Notes: a model not told the origin generated them from the letters alone. A stretch of DNA of 64,000 bases from Octopus sinensis (GCF_006345805.1 NC_043005.1:109058001-109122000); one strand, 5' to 3'; counted from the first letter of the stretch, positions 1-12,162 are shown. Translations and numbers: made by a program.

Positions 1-430
1 CAAAATCACAGTATTATGGTGTGTTTGCCTTCTTTTCTTGGCTAGTGGAGGCTGTTGGTATTACTTTTAGAGTGTTACATATTGTATATTGAGAACAACT
101 TCCTGGTACTTAAATCTAATCCATTTTAGAAAAGGAGTATCGTTATACTAGCATGGTTCTTGTATTCATTGCATTGACAATATTTAGTTTTATTTTAGGC
201 ATCTTCCTGACACTTCGCTTGTACAGTTTGGAGACGTTTCCATTTCTCTTCGCATTACCTTATTGCCTGGCAATATAGGGACTTATATCTCTATTTTCCA
301 CAAATTTAGTGACATCATCTTGTAATTTTATATTATCGGTTATAATTTCTAAGCATATTCTTCATTTGCCATCCTGTTCTAAAACTGGGATTTAAAAACT
401 TCTTGTGGATGCACACCTATGACATCTTGC
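1..430 (-). pseudogene. Degraded R4/Dong-like non-LTR retrotransposon RT C-terminal fragment
   Basis: Minus-strand translation across frameshifts and stops gives KLNIVNAMNTRTML-RYSF..., LDLSTRKLFSIYNM*HSKSNTNSLH*PRKEG, matching the R4/Dong post-RT pattern (INT..V..RYSF..W...LD.KTRKL.....HP.....RLY.PRKEGGRG). Confidence 0.5.
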
Positions 431-1315
431 ACATATTACTTGTGAATATGGTTATTATGTAAGTTATGGCTGTCTTGAAACAGCTTTTGAGATAAAATTT
501 TACATAATTCTACTTTTCTGTCCGCTTTTTTCAGTATTTTGTAATCTGTATGTCATACTCCTGACTCTGTTTATCTACGTAACTGCCTCCATAACAGAAC
601 CATAAAAATTGGTTTCATAGCTGATTTTCGATGACAAAATTTGGCCCTGGATGAAGAAGTTAAAGTTTAAGTTTCCATCCATTTGAGTACCACTTTGTGT
701 TATTTTACTTTCACCTACTCAATCTCTCTCTCTATCTCTATCTCAGCATATACACAGACACACATACATATGTTCATACATAGATGTAGATATAAATATT
801 TACATAATTATGGAAATATTCTAAAGCATTTCTTGAACATTTTTCAATATTATTTGAAATTATGGTATATCTTGTGCTACTGGAATGATGCGATGTGTTA
901 ATGGTTTACTTTCTTTGTAAATATAAATATAAATAAAAAAGACTTTCATTCCCAAGCTGACAAAAAAGGAAAAAAAATTATATTACACACACATACACAC
1001 ATACACACATGTGTGTGTGTGTGTGAATGAGTTTACACACATATACATGTGTATATATGTTTTTATGTACTTAGAAAAGAAATTGTAAATGAAATGAAAA
1101 TAAGCAGTAATGAAGCTTTCTTTTTAAAGAAAATGTATAAGTATACACTCACAAATATACATATATGTATATATAAATACATATATAATAGAATTATATA
1201 AAAAATATATAATCTGCTTGATACGTATATAAAAGCGTATATATCTTTGTTTTATATGTCTGTATGTGTGCGTATTTGTGAATGTATACACAACATATTC
1301 ACTTGTGCATGTATG

Positions 1316-1347
<32 letters not shown>

Positions 1348-1879
1348 AAATGTGAAAACTAAATTTATTTTCTTTATTTTCTTTACAGATTTACTTTTAA
1401 CCAACAATTTTTTCCTACACCACCATCCTCACAAACCAGCGCCTTATTTCTTCTGACACACCCCAGTAGCACCACCAACATCACCATGAGCATCATCACG
1501 GCAACCACTACCCCCCTACTACCCATCCCCACCCATTACAGTCTTTGTTTGTGATATTTCACTATATCTTCTCTTCATGCTGTGATTCACAACAAATGAA
1601 TTTTGCCGACAAGCGCTTTCCCTACCTGAGAAGTAAAGAATCTTGATTTGAAAATCTCTTTTACCCTGGAGACATTGAACCATTAAAACTGGAATAGTAT
1701 TTTCTTACACCTCTTCTCCTGGCTTAGCAGAAAAAAGTAATAATAATAAAAATCAAAGAATTCAAAACACTTCTTGGAGACTTATAATATATATCATAGA
1801 TAATTCTGAAAACCATACACATACACACTGGCACACATGCCTAAACACACACATATATTTACATATTACATACACATAT

Positions 1880-1908
1880 ATATATATCTTGTTATATATA
1901 ATTTATAT

Positions 1909-1949
<41 letters not shown>

Positions 1950-2013
1950 TGTGTATATATATATATTATTTATTTTCTTTACAGATTTACTTTTAACCAA
2001 CATATATATACAT

Positions 2014-2044
<31 letters not shown>

Positions 2045-2100
2045 GCACATATGCATTCATACATAAGCATATAAAGATATATATATATAATGTATATAAG

Positions 2101-2135
<35 letters not shown>
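1880..2135. repeat. (TA)n microsatellite field
   Basis: Direct reading. Confidence 0.95.
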
Positions 2136-2147
<12 letters not shown>

Positions 2148-2643
2148 TTATGTATATCTATTCATACACATATATGTGTGTGCATGTATAGAAACATACA
2201 CACATACAAATGCACACAAGCATACACATATGTATATATTTTCCCAAAATTATTTTTTATTTTGATTTCAGTAATATTTTGTTTCCTTTTCTCTTTGATT
2301 TTATTTTATTTATATATTTTTATCTTGTTCTTTTTTTTAGTAATTTTATTAGATTTTTCTTTGTTACATATGGCATCCCCTAGTAGAGATATGAAGAAAA
2401 TTTCAACATAGATTTACCTTTTCCATATTTCAGGAAGTTGCCGTAAGTAAGAATGGTAAGTAATGGCTTTGAATATGGAAAAGCCTCTTTTACACTGGTA
2501 CATTTATATCTCGTCATACACATACATCCACATATATACACTTGCACACCTGGCAGCCTGTATGCACACTCTTGCATGTACATACACCTATATATTCCCC
2601 TTCATACATATGTATGCAACATACATTTATGTACATATGTATT

Positions 2644-2695
2644 AATAACAACAATAAAAATAAAAATAATAATAACAATAATAATAATAATAGTA

Positions 2696-2741
<46 letters not shown>

Positions 2742-2763
2742 TATTATTATTATTATAATTATT

Positions 2764-2804
<41 letters not shown>

Positions 2805-2915
2805 CATTACCATTATTATTATTATTATCATCATCATTATCAATATTACTGTTATTGTTATTTTATTAATATTATTATTATTGTTATTTTATTGTTACTA
2901 TTATTATTGCTGTTG

Positions 2916-2968
<53 letters not shown>

Positions 2969-2990
2969 TTGTATTATTACTATTATCCAT
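2644..2990. repeat. (AAT)n followed by a long (ATT)n trinucleotide array
   Basis: Direct reading; source of the poly-Ile/Asn/Tyr ORFs. Confidence 0.95.
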
Positions 2991-3660
2991 CAAAATTTAC
3001 ATTAATTTTTTTTTATGTAGTTTGTGTATGTGTGTGTTCAGAAATAAGACGAGGAAGAAGATAAATATAAAAAAATAATGAAATATGAATCTGAGAGGGA
3101 AAAAAAATAATACAATTATATTATATACAAGATTTAATTCATATTGCATAGAAAAGGTAAAAAAAAAAATGAAAAAATTACTTAAAAGGAAAAAAAATAA
3201 AATATTATACAAAATAAAAGTAAAATAATATATTTTCTATTTTCCATCATTGTAATTGCTTTCTTGGTTTGTGTTATTATTAGTAGAAGGAAAATATATA
3301 TTCCTTTTCTTGCAGGAATAACCATTTTGAAAACAGAATTATTATTATCATTATTTATTTGTTTTTATTTATTTATTTTTTTTAGACTATCCTGATAATG
3401 AATTGAGAAATGTGTGAATCATATATTAGTTATTACTGAAGTTCTTTGTTAATTACTACTTTTTAGTCAAAAAATTCTTAATGTCAAAATATATGATATT
3501 AAATCCATAATGTCAAAGAAAAGATATGCTCTGAAATATATATATATATATAGTGTGTGTTTGTGTGTGTTTGTGTGTGTGTGAGCCTAGTGATTGTTCA
3601 GAGCTCTACATCAAAAAATGCGGACTCACCTTTATAAGACAGAGAAAAAAAAATATATAT

Positions 3661-3691
<31 letters not shown>

Positions 3692-3849
3692 GACAGCATT
3701 CTACAAGTGATTGAGGTTACATTTCTTGAAATTATATTGTGCTTAGTTAGCCTGACACCTACATCTCTTTCAACCATCCATAGAACTTAGAGTTATTTGA
3801 GCTCATTTATTCATATGATCATTATAAAACTATATGTATATCGATCTAT

Positions 3850-3956
3850 CTGTCCATCCATCCATCCATCCATCCATCCATCCATCCATCCATCCATCTG
3901 TCTATCTGTATGTCCATCCAACTGTCTGTCTGCCTGTTTGTCTATCTGTCTGTATG

Positions 3957-4036
<80 letters not shown>
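3850..4036. repeat. (TCCA)n and (TCTA)n tetranucleotide arrays
   Basis: Direct reading. Confidence 0.95.
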
Positions 4037-4037
<1 letters not shown>

Positions 4038-4070
4038 TCCTATATATGAGTTTATATATATATATGAAGT

Positions 4071-4448
4071 GGAGGCACAATGGCCCAGTGCTTAGGGCAG
4101 CGGATTCATGGTCATAGGATCGCGGTTTCGATTCCCAGACCGGGCGTTGTGAGTGTTTATTGAGCGAAAACACCTAAAAGCTCCACGAGGCTCTGGTAGG
4201 GATGGTGGTGATCCCTGCTGTACTCTTTCACCACAACTTTCTCTCACTCTTACTTCCTGTTTCTGTTGTACCTGTATTTCAAAGGGCCGACCTTGTCACT
4301 CTCTGTGTCATGCTGAATATCCCCGAGAACTACGTTAAGGGTACACGTGTCTGTGGAGTGCTCAGCCACTTACACGTTAATTTCATGAGCAGGCTGTTCC
4401 GTTGATCGGATCAACCGGAACCCTCGTCGTCGTAACCGACGGAGTGCT
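4071..4448 (+). mobile_element. tRNA-derived SINE, family B1
   Basis: A box TGGCCCAGTGCTTAGG, B box GGTTTCGATTCCC, 3' module TTAAGGGTACACGTGTCTGTGG...CGTAACCGACGGAGTG shared with copies at 19117 and 32855. Confidence 0.85.
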
Positions 4449-4460
4449 TCCTTCCTTAAT

Positions 4461-4631
4461 TTCAAAGGGCCAGCCTTGGCACACTCTGTATCATGCTGAA
4501 TCTCTCCAAGAACTACATTAAGGGTACACGTGTCTGTGGAGTGCTCAGCCAGTTGCACGTTAATTTCACAAGCAGGATGCTCTGTTGATTGGATTAACTG
4601 GAACCCTCGTCTTCGTAACCGATGGAGTGCC
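4461..4631 (+). mobile_element. Diverged second copy of the SINE-B 3' module
   Basis: Repeats TTCAAAGGG...CGTAACCGATGGAGTGC immediately after the first copy. Confidence 0.8.
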
Positions 4632-4645
4632 AACAGTATATATAT

Positions 4646-4887
4646 GTGCTGGCACATAAAAAGCACCAACCGATCGTCGCTGCTGCCAGCCTCCCCTGGC
4701 AGCTGTGCTGGTGGCATGTAAAAAGTACCCACTACACTCACGGAGTGGTTGGCATTAGGAAGGGCATCCAGCTGTAGAAACACTGCCAGATCAGACTGGA
4801 GTCTGGTGCAGCCTCATAGCTTCCCAAACCCCGGTCGAACTGTCCAACCCATGCTAGCAGGGAAAACGGACGATAAATGATGATGAT
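4646..4887 (+). mobile_element. SINE family D (GGAAGGGCATCC motif, (GAT)n tail), 5'-truncated
   Basis: GGTTGGCATTAGGAAGGGCATCCAGCTGTAGAAA ... CCCATGCTAGCA.GGAAA.CGGACG.TAAATGATGATGAT; other copies at about 15960, 17790, 30395, 39660, 41165 and 47640. Confidence 0.8.
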
Positions 4888-5175
4888 ATATATATATATG
4901 CATCGTCATCATTTAACATCTGCTTTCCATGCTGGCATGGGTTGGAAGATCTAACACAAAGCTTTAACATTGAACTATGCTAACCACATCAAACTACGGC
5001 AAATTTGCCAAAAGTTTCACACTCATCTAGATTTAGGAACCGAAACAGCAACACATCAGAAAATAAATCCAAAAATATCAAATAGGAACAATTAATTTTA
5101 ATGGAAATATGCAAAAACAGTAAGAAGGGTAAATCTGATCTTTTTATATTTACTTTGGGTGTGTGTTTGCATGTA

Positions 5176-5186
<11 letters not shown>

Positions 5187-5211
<25 letters not shown>

Positions 5212-5637
5212 GGAAGGGGTGAGAGTGAGAGGGGGAAGGGGAGAGTGTGAGAGTGAGAGAGAGTGAGAGAGAGAGAGAATGAGAGTGAGAGAGGGAGAGA
5301 CAGCAAGAAAGACAAGGAGAGAGAAAGAAGGGGAGAGAGTGAGAGAGAGAGATAGCGAGAGAGAGAGATAGAAAGAGAGACAAGAAATGAGAGAGCTAGA
5401 GAGAGAGAGAGAGATAGCGAGAGAGAGAGATAGCAAGAGAGACAAGGAGAGAGAGTGAGAGCGCTAGAGAGAGAGAGATAGTGAGAGAGAGAGATAGCAA
5501 GAGAGACAGGGAGAGAGAGAGAGCGTTAGAGAGAGAGAGATTGTGAGAGAGAGAGATTGTGAGAGAGAGAAAGATAGCATGAGAGACAGGGAGAGAAAGA
5601 GAGAGACAGACAGAGACAGAAAGAGACAGAGAGAAAA
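5187..5637 (+). repeat. Interrupted (GA)n polypurine tract
   Basis: About 450 bp of almost pure purine on the + strand. Confidence 0.95.
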
Positions 5638-6099
5638 GTTCATGATCATTGACCATTTATGTCCTGTTTTCAGTTTTTCTGTGACCCTTAAAAAGAAGGT
5701 TATCCTCACTCTTGTTACCCAACCCAAATACGTGAAATGATATGAATTCTGCTAAAGGCACTTAAGGTCTCAGGGATTTAGACTAAACAGGATGACGGAT
5801 TAAGTCTACCAGCCAAGTAAGCTACACCATCATTTCAATTCAGACCACAAAGAATCAGAAAAAAACCTGTCTGGTATTTTGTCAAACTCTGTAATATTTC
5901 TGATCTGGGCTGGTATTATATTTTACCAAATCTAAAAAGATGAAAAACCAAGAAGACCATTGCTGGATTTGAACTCATAATACCCCAAGTCAAACTATTT
6001 TACTCCATATTATTTTGTCATATACTCTAATGACAATTAATTCATTGTCTTCTGACCCTCTTTCTCCCTGCTCCTACTAAATATTTATAATATATAGAT

Positions 6100-6455
6100 G
6101 TAGGAGTGGCTGTGTGGTAAGTAACTTGCTTACGAACCACATGGTTCCGGGTTCAGTCCCACTACATGGCACCTTGGGCAAGTCTCTTCTACTATAGCCT
6201 CGGATCGACCAAAGCCTTGTGAGTTCATTTGGTAGACATAAATTGAAAGAAGCCCGTCATATATTTATATATATATATATATATATATGAATGTATGTAT
6301 GTGTGTGTATATGTTTGTAAGTCTGTGTTTGTCCCCCCAACATTGCTTGACAACTGATGCTGGTGTGTTTACGTACCCGTAACTTAGCAGTTCAGCAAAA
6401 GAGATTAACAGAATAAGTACTAGGCTTACAAAGAATAAGTCCTGGGGTCGATTTG
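6100..6455 (+). mobile_element. tRNA-derived SINE family A (3'-truncated)
   Basis: Head GTAGGAGTGGCTGTGTGGTAAG (A box), GGTTCAGTCCC (B box), body CCTTGGGCAAGT...GAAAGAAGCCCGTC, internal (TA)n/(TG)n. Confidence 0.9.
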
Positions 6456-6740
6456 CTCAATTTAGCCCCTACTCTTTGTGGTTATTTATAAAAGAAAATA
6501 TCCTGATGAGTCTCTCAGCAAAATACTAGCAACACATTTGAACTTAAAACCTGTAAGCTAAGTGTCCAATACCTCATTCACTCATCTTATTTCTTCTAGT
6601 CCTCATGTATCAATTTTACTATTATGCAAATTTGATTTATGTACTAATTGTACTATTATACCAACTTCATTGATATAACAATTTCTCATTTGTATTTGGT
6701 TTGCAAGATTCTTGAAACATATTGTGTTGTGTCTCACAAT

Positions 6741-7159
6741 GGCCATTATGTTAGTAATTAACATGTGCACTAGGTCTATTTCACTTCTTTTATTGTTGTT
6801 AATCAATTGGTTAACCATTTGACCACTTAATCAACTGGTTGATTAAATGTTCAATCAATCAATCACTTAGCTCGCTTTGTCAAAATCGCTTCATTGTCAT
6901 TCATGACCTATAAATGACAAGTTCTCTCTACTCCAGATATGCTTCAGGTCTGTCTGGAGTTAAGGGGGCATATGATTGATGAGGTCATGAATGGCAATGA
7001 AAGGATTTTGACAAAATTATTGATTGACTGATTGATTGATTGAATATTTAATCAATCTATTAGATAACCAGTTAAGTAGTTAACCAGTCGACTAATAATA
7101 ACAATAATAAAAGATGTGAAATAAAACCAGTGCATGCATATATTCCTTACATAATGACC
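6741..7159. mobile_element. Foldback MITE with ~170-bp diverged TIRs and a probable 8-bp TSD
   Basis: 6741-6909 is the reverse complement of 6984-7159 (GGCCATTATG.../...CATAATGACC); flanks CTCACAAT / CTCACAAG. Confidence 0.75.
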
Positions 7160-7199
7160 CTCACAAGAGACAAATAAAAAGAAAAAAAAGCCGTTTACT

Positions 7200-7700
7200 G
7201 ATATTCCTATTTCACCATTCCTTTACTAATTTGGCTGTTTTAGTAATTCTTCAGGTATTCCAAGTTAATTACCATACCACTTTCACTGTTGTATTAATTT
7301 TCACATTATATCATTTTGGCTGTTACTCCAACTCAGGGCTAAACAATTACAGCAACAGTACTGGCTTTTGAGCAATATTCTTTTACATTTATATTTTTTT
7401 TCAGCAAGAAATTTGATCTGCAGTTGTCATATTCCATCAATAATCTCATCAATAATTAAGCTTGTATATTGCTATTTATTTCTTTATTCTTCACTTCTTT
7501 ATCCTCACAGAAACCATTAAAATATTTTGTCATATTCTCCTGTCCTATTCTTCCATAATTATTGGCATATTGGTTTAGACAAAATATAACTTGAGAAATT
7601 ATTTTCTGAAGATACCTTTAAGTAAATTTTGGAAACAAGAAGACTTCTCTATTCTTCACAAGTTACTCCTTTATCTCTTATATTAGATTCTACTTTTTCT
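7200..7700 (-). pseudogene. Highly degraded LINE ORF2 fragment
   Basis: Minus-strand GIPEELLK (7261-7238) resembles the GPDGIP.ELLK motif upstream of LINE RT; the rest is disrupted. Confidence 0.3.
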
Positions 7701-7975
7701 TGAGAATTGTCAATATTTTCTTAAATAATTACATATACCAGAGTGCTTCATAGAATAAAGTAGATAATCATTAGTAAATGTTTTGCAAGGAGAAGTTTTC
7801 TGTCTTGTTACAAAATTATTTATTGTTTAAGATTTAGAGTTTTATTTGTTTTGTAAGTGACTGTTTGGTATATGACTGTTGAAGTTGAAACAATGATGAG
7901 TTAAATAAGCCACTTAAAAGACACACACACACACACACATTTGTGTAAGAACACATATTTGTGTGTTTGTGTGTT

Positions 7976-8049
<74 letters not shown>

Positions 8050-8473
8050 CTATCTATAGACTGATATATAGATAGATAGATGCTTATCAATATATATATC
8101 AGTGCATGTGTGTATGTGTATGTGTGCATATGAACGTGTGATTGTATGCAGGTGTATATCTGTATGTAACAAATTATTTGTTAGGTTCCTTTGAATCAAG
8201 ATTTTTTTAATTAATCAGTGCACCAATTAACCAGGGTTGAGAATAGCAAATCCATGTGTGTACCATATACAGACACTTATGCATATATCAATGCATATAT
8301 GGACATTGCCTAACACATACATTTACATATGCATGGACAGATCGATATACACATTTATATGAGTATACATGTATACAAAAGTATATACATGCATGCTGGC
8401 ATGCAGTTTCAAGATCCACTTTGAGTTCCAGACCCAATGTAGGAAAGGTTCTAGGTGTGGTGCTTACAAAAGT

Positions 8474-8649
8474 GCAGGAGTGGCTCTGTGGTAAGTAGCT
8501 TGCTTACCAACCACATGGTTTCAGGTTCAGTCCCACTACGTTGCACCTTGGGCAAGTATTTTCTACTATAGCCTCAGGCCAACCAAAGCCTTGTGGGTGG
8601 ATTTGGTAGACGGAAACCGAAAGAAGCCCGTCGTATATTTGTGTGTATA

Positions 8650-8700
<51 letters not shown>

Positions 8701-8936
8701 GTACATGTGTGTATATGTTTTTGTGTCTGTGGTTGGCCCCCTGCCCAACTGATGCTGGTGTGTTTACGTCCCCGTAACTTAGTGGTTTGGCAATAAGAGA
8801 CCAATAGAATAAATACTAGGCTTACAAAGAATAAGTCCTGAGGTCAATTTGTTCAACTAAAGTCTTAATGGCAGTGCTCCAGCATGGTCACAGTCAAATG
8901 ACTGACACAAGTAAAAGAATAAAAAAATAAAAGAAT
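8474..8936 (+). mobile_element. SINE family A
   Basis: Full head, body and (AAAAGAGT/AAAAGAAT)-like tail. Confidence 0.9.
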
Positions 8937-9227
8937 ATATAAGAAAAGCAATCACGAAGGAATAAATGATCATATCATTAACTTAATTAGCTTACAGCTG
9001 TTTCCATAATAACATGCAGTTGACTCATTGCTGAGTGCCCGAGTAACACTTTCTAGCTCCATCTGAACTCAACTAACATTTCATTGAGAAGCATATATAT
9101 ATTGAGTTCTACACCAGGCTATTAGCATTGCAATGCCTAAGGGAAGTTGTAAGCAAGTATCCTTCATTACCAGTCTTTCATAGAAACTTGTTCATTTGGT
9201 GGAAATATTAACTTACTTGTTAATAAG

Positions 9228-9455
9228 AAGGCGGTGAGCTGGCAGAAACGTTAGCACGCCGGGCGAAATGCTTAGCAGTATTTTGTCTGCCACTACATTC
9301 TGAGTTCAAATTCCGCAAAGGTCGACTTTGCCTTTCATCCTTTTAGAGTGGATTAAGTACCAGTTACACAGTGGAGTCGATATAATTGACTTAATCCGTT
9401 TGTCTCTCCTTGTTTGTCCTCTCTGTGTGTAGCCCCTTGTGGGCAGTAAAGAAAT
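9228..9455 (+). mobile_element. SINE family C (Deu/Nin-domain-like)
   Basis: GGTCGACTTTGCCTTTCATCCTTT..GGGTCGATAAATTAAGTACCAG resembles the Deu/Nin core of AmnSINE-type SINEs; tRNA-like head with GAGTTCAAATTCC B box. Confidence 0.8.
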
Positions 9456-9604
9456 AAGGAAAAATTTGACTTACTTGGAAACTGGCAAGTCCTGGCAAGT
9501 GGAAGTACATCTGCTTATACAAGATCTCCCTCAATAAACTCTATGTGACCCATGCAAGAATGGAAAAGTGGGCATAAAATTGCTGCTGCTGCTGGTGCCA
9601 TTAA

Positions 9605-9825
9605 CCCTTTTGTTACTGTATTTCTGTTGAGATGCTCTGTGTTTCTTTCAATTACTTTAAATATAACAAATAATTTAGTAAAATAACTTAGTTATCATTC
9701 AGCTAGTGTTAGGAACATAAATTGTGACTAAGGTTTGGTGGAAGATTTTAATTCAAAACTTATGAAAACAAGACATTTGTACTACAGAGCCAGAGGCAGT
9801 TTCAGCCGGGTTGGTAATGAAAGGG
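9605..9825. mobile_element. piggyBac-type MITE family 1 (TTAA TSD)
   Basis: TTAA|CCCTTTTGTTAC ... GTAATGAAAGGG|TTAA; inverted second copy at 32269-32488. Confidence 0.85.
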
Positions 9826-10189
9826 TTAAGGGTCATAATGACGATGATAGAGAATCATCTAAAAAGCAACACTAAAAAACTATTCCATAAATGGTACTAA
9901 ATTTAAAAAGTCAAAATCAAAAAATTTTATCACAAACAATTTCATAAACAAAAGGAAAAAAATACAGTCTGGAACTGCAAATAAGAAAATCTAACAGAAA
10001 CACACACACACACATACAAACACAAACACACAAACACACACACACACACACAAAATAAAATGGAAAAAGTAGTTATATTTATATCTTTGCGTTATGTTTA
10101 CCTCAAATTTTTATCATCATTGTTATCATTACTAACATCATCACCATCAACATTCTCTTCATAAATATCATTATTATTGTCGGCATTAA

Positions 10190-10577
10190 GAAGGCAGTGA
10201 GCTGGAAGAATTGGTAGCATGTTCGTCTGTCTTTTATGTTCTGAGTTCAAATTCCACTGAGGTCGACTTCGCCTGTCATTCTTTCAGGGTCAAAAAATTA
10301 AGTCCCAGTTCTGTACTGGGGTTGATCTAATCAACTGCCCTCCCCACTCCTCAAAACTTTTGAGCCTTGTGTCTAGAGTAGAAATGAATCATTAGCACAC
10401 TGCATGAAATGCTTACTAATATTTCGCCTGTCACTACGTCCTGAGTTCAAATTCAGTTGAGGTCGACTTTGTCTTTCATCCTTTAGAGTCGATAAATTAG
10501 GTACCAGTTGAGTTCTGGGGTCGATGTAATTGACTTGACCCCTCTCCCCAAATTTCAGGCCTTGAACCTATATCAGA
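10190..10577 (+). mobile_element. Two tandem degraded SINE family C copies
   Basis: GAGTTCAAATTC...GAGGTCGACTT...CATCCTTT motif occurs twice. Confidence 0.7.
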
Positions 10578-10804
10578 AATGATCATTATTGGCATTAATA
10601 TCATAATCTGTATTATCATAAGCATCGTCACAATCACCATACAACTACAGGCATTTGTCTTGCCATATTTTGGTTTCTGTCTCACTCTCTTTCTCTCTCA
10701 CACACATGCACACACACATTTGGCCTCTGTCTCTATCTTTCTGTTACATATAGGTATATATATGCATACAACCATACCTTCATACATATATGCATACATA
10801 CATA

Positions 10805-12093
10805 CAGGGTGGGGAAGCAAAATTTACAATGAACTTTAAGTAGTCTTTTCTCAGCAGGCACTAAGTCAATTGTTTTGAAACCTAGCATATATTGATGTCA
10901 TACTCATACCTAACACTATTATCCTTACCTTTTCAGAAACTTTTGCCCATATGAGTAATCAGGAAAGCAAAAGTTAAAGAGGGTGTGATTTGCTGAATGC
11001 ACTCGTCACACCAAAGGAGATTTCAAAAATAGTTGGAGTGTCCATAAAACTATTTGTAATATAAAGAATAGAATGACTATGAGCAAAACTATTATGAGGA
11101 AGTATGGAAGTGGAGGAATCAACAAAAAACGTACCAAAGCTTTTATTAAAACTCTCAAAACCAAAATCCTAAAGGATCCAACCAAATCCATGAGAAAAAT
11201 CGCAATTGAACTTGAGGTAGACAACAAGACCATTAGAAATGCGGTAAAATATGATTTGAGGTTAAAATCTTACACAAAAACACCAAAATACTTGTTGACA
11301 ACAGCTATGAAGGAAAAGAGATTGGAAAGGTGCAAGAAAAATATTTTATGGTTCAAGAAAAAGTCCTCCATTATAATGATCTTTTCAGATGAAAAGATCT
11401 TCACTGTCGATGCTGTTCTGAACAGTTGAAATGACAGATTTATGGCAAAATCAACAGCTGATTTTAAGGGGACATTCAAAACAAAAGATCCCGCTCAAGG
11501 TATGGCTTTTGGTGTTGTGGCTTCCAATGGAAAGAAAATGCCTATAAAATTCTACAAATCTGATGAAAAGATCAATGTTAATACTTACTATAAGACTCTG
11601 AGATACCAGGTATTGCCATGGCTTAAAGCAAACTACCCAGATGGTAATTATGTATGGACACAGGATGGTGCTCCAGCTCACACAGCTACAAAAATACAAG
11701 ATTTCTGCAAATCCAGCTTTAACAATTTTTTGGAATCATGTTTATGGCCACCTTCTAGCCCAGATCTAAACCCTCTGGATTATGCTATTTGGGGCATTTT
11801 AGAACATGCTACCAATAGAACATCACACAGTAATATCGACTCTCTTAAAGACACTATTAAAGAAGAATGGGAGAAGTTGTCTCCCGAATATTTGAGGAAC
11901 ACTTGTGCAAGTTTCAGGAAGCGTGTGATGGCAGTTATTGAGAAAGAAGGGGGACACATAGAATAAAAATATTTTCTATTATGTAAATTTTCTTGTGGCA
12001 AATAAATTCTCATGATTTTCAATAAACTAATTGGTCATACAATGACTTTCAATCCCTGCCTCAAAATATTGTAAATTTCGCTTCCCCACCCTG
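10805..12093 (+). mobile_element. Full-length Tc1/mariner DNA transposon, DD37D (maT-type)
   Basis: TA|CAGGGTGGGGAAGCAAAATTTACAAT ... ATTGTAAATTTCGCTTCCCCACCCTG|TA (26-bp TIR, 1 mismatch, TA TSD); transposase inside. Confidence 0.95.
10951..11966 (+). pseudogene. Disabled DD37D transposase
   Basis: ATG at 10951; premature TAA at codon 9; 1-nt frameshift near 11045; TGA at 11427. Catalytic motifs FSDEK, WTQDGAPAH and SPDLNPLDY, with 37 residues between the 2nd and 3rd Asp. Confidence 0.92.
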
Positions 12094-12162
12094 TACATAC
12101 ACACATACATATTGACAAGCATCTACATATGCATATATAGATATATATGCATATATATATAT

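Noticed and set aside
6500-6535. CTGATGAG...AAAA as another hammerhead
   Set aside because: Stem II does not pair properly, and GAAA and stem III are absent.
11427-11429. In-frame TGA as programmed readthrough or selenocysteine in the transposase
   Set aside because: Best explained by CGA>TGA decay; other disabling lesions lie upstream.
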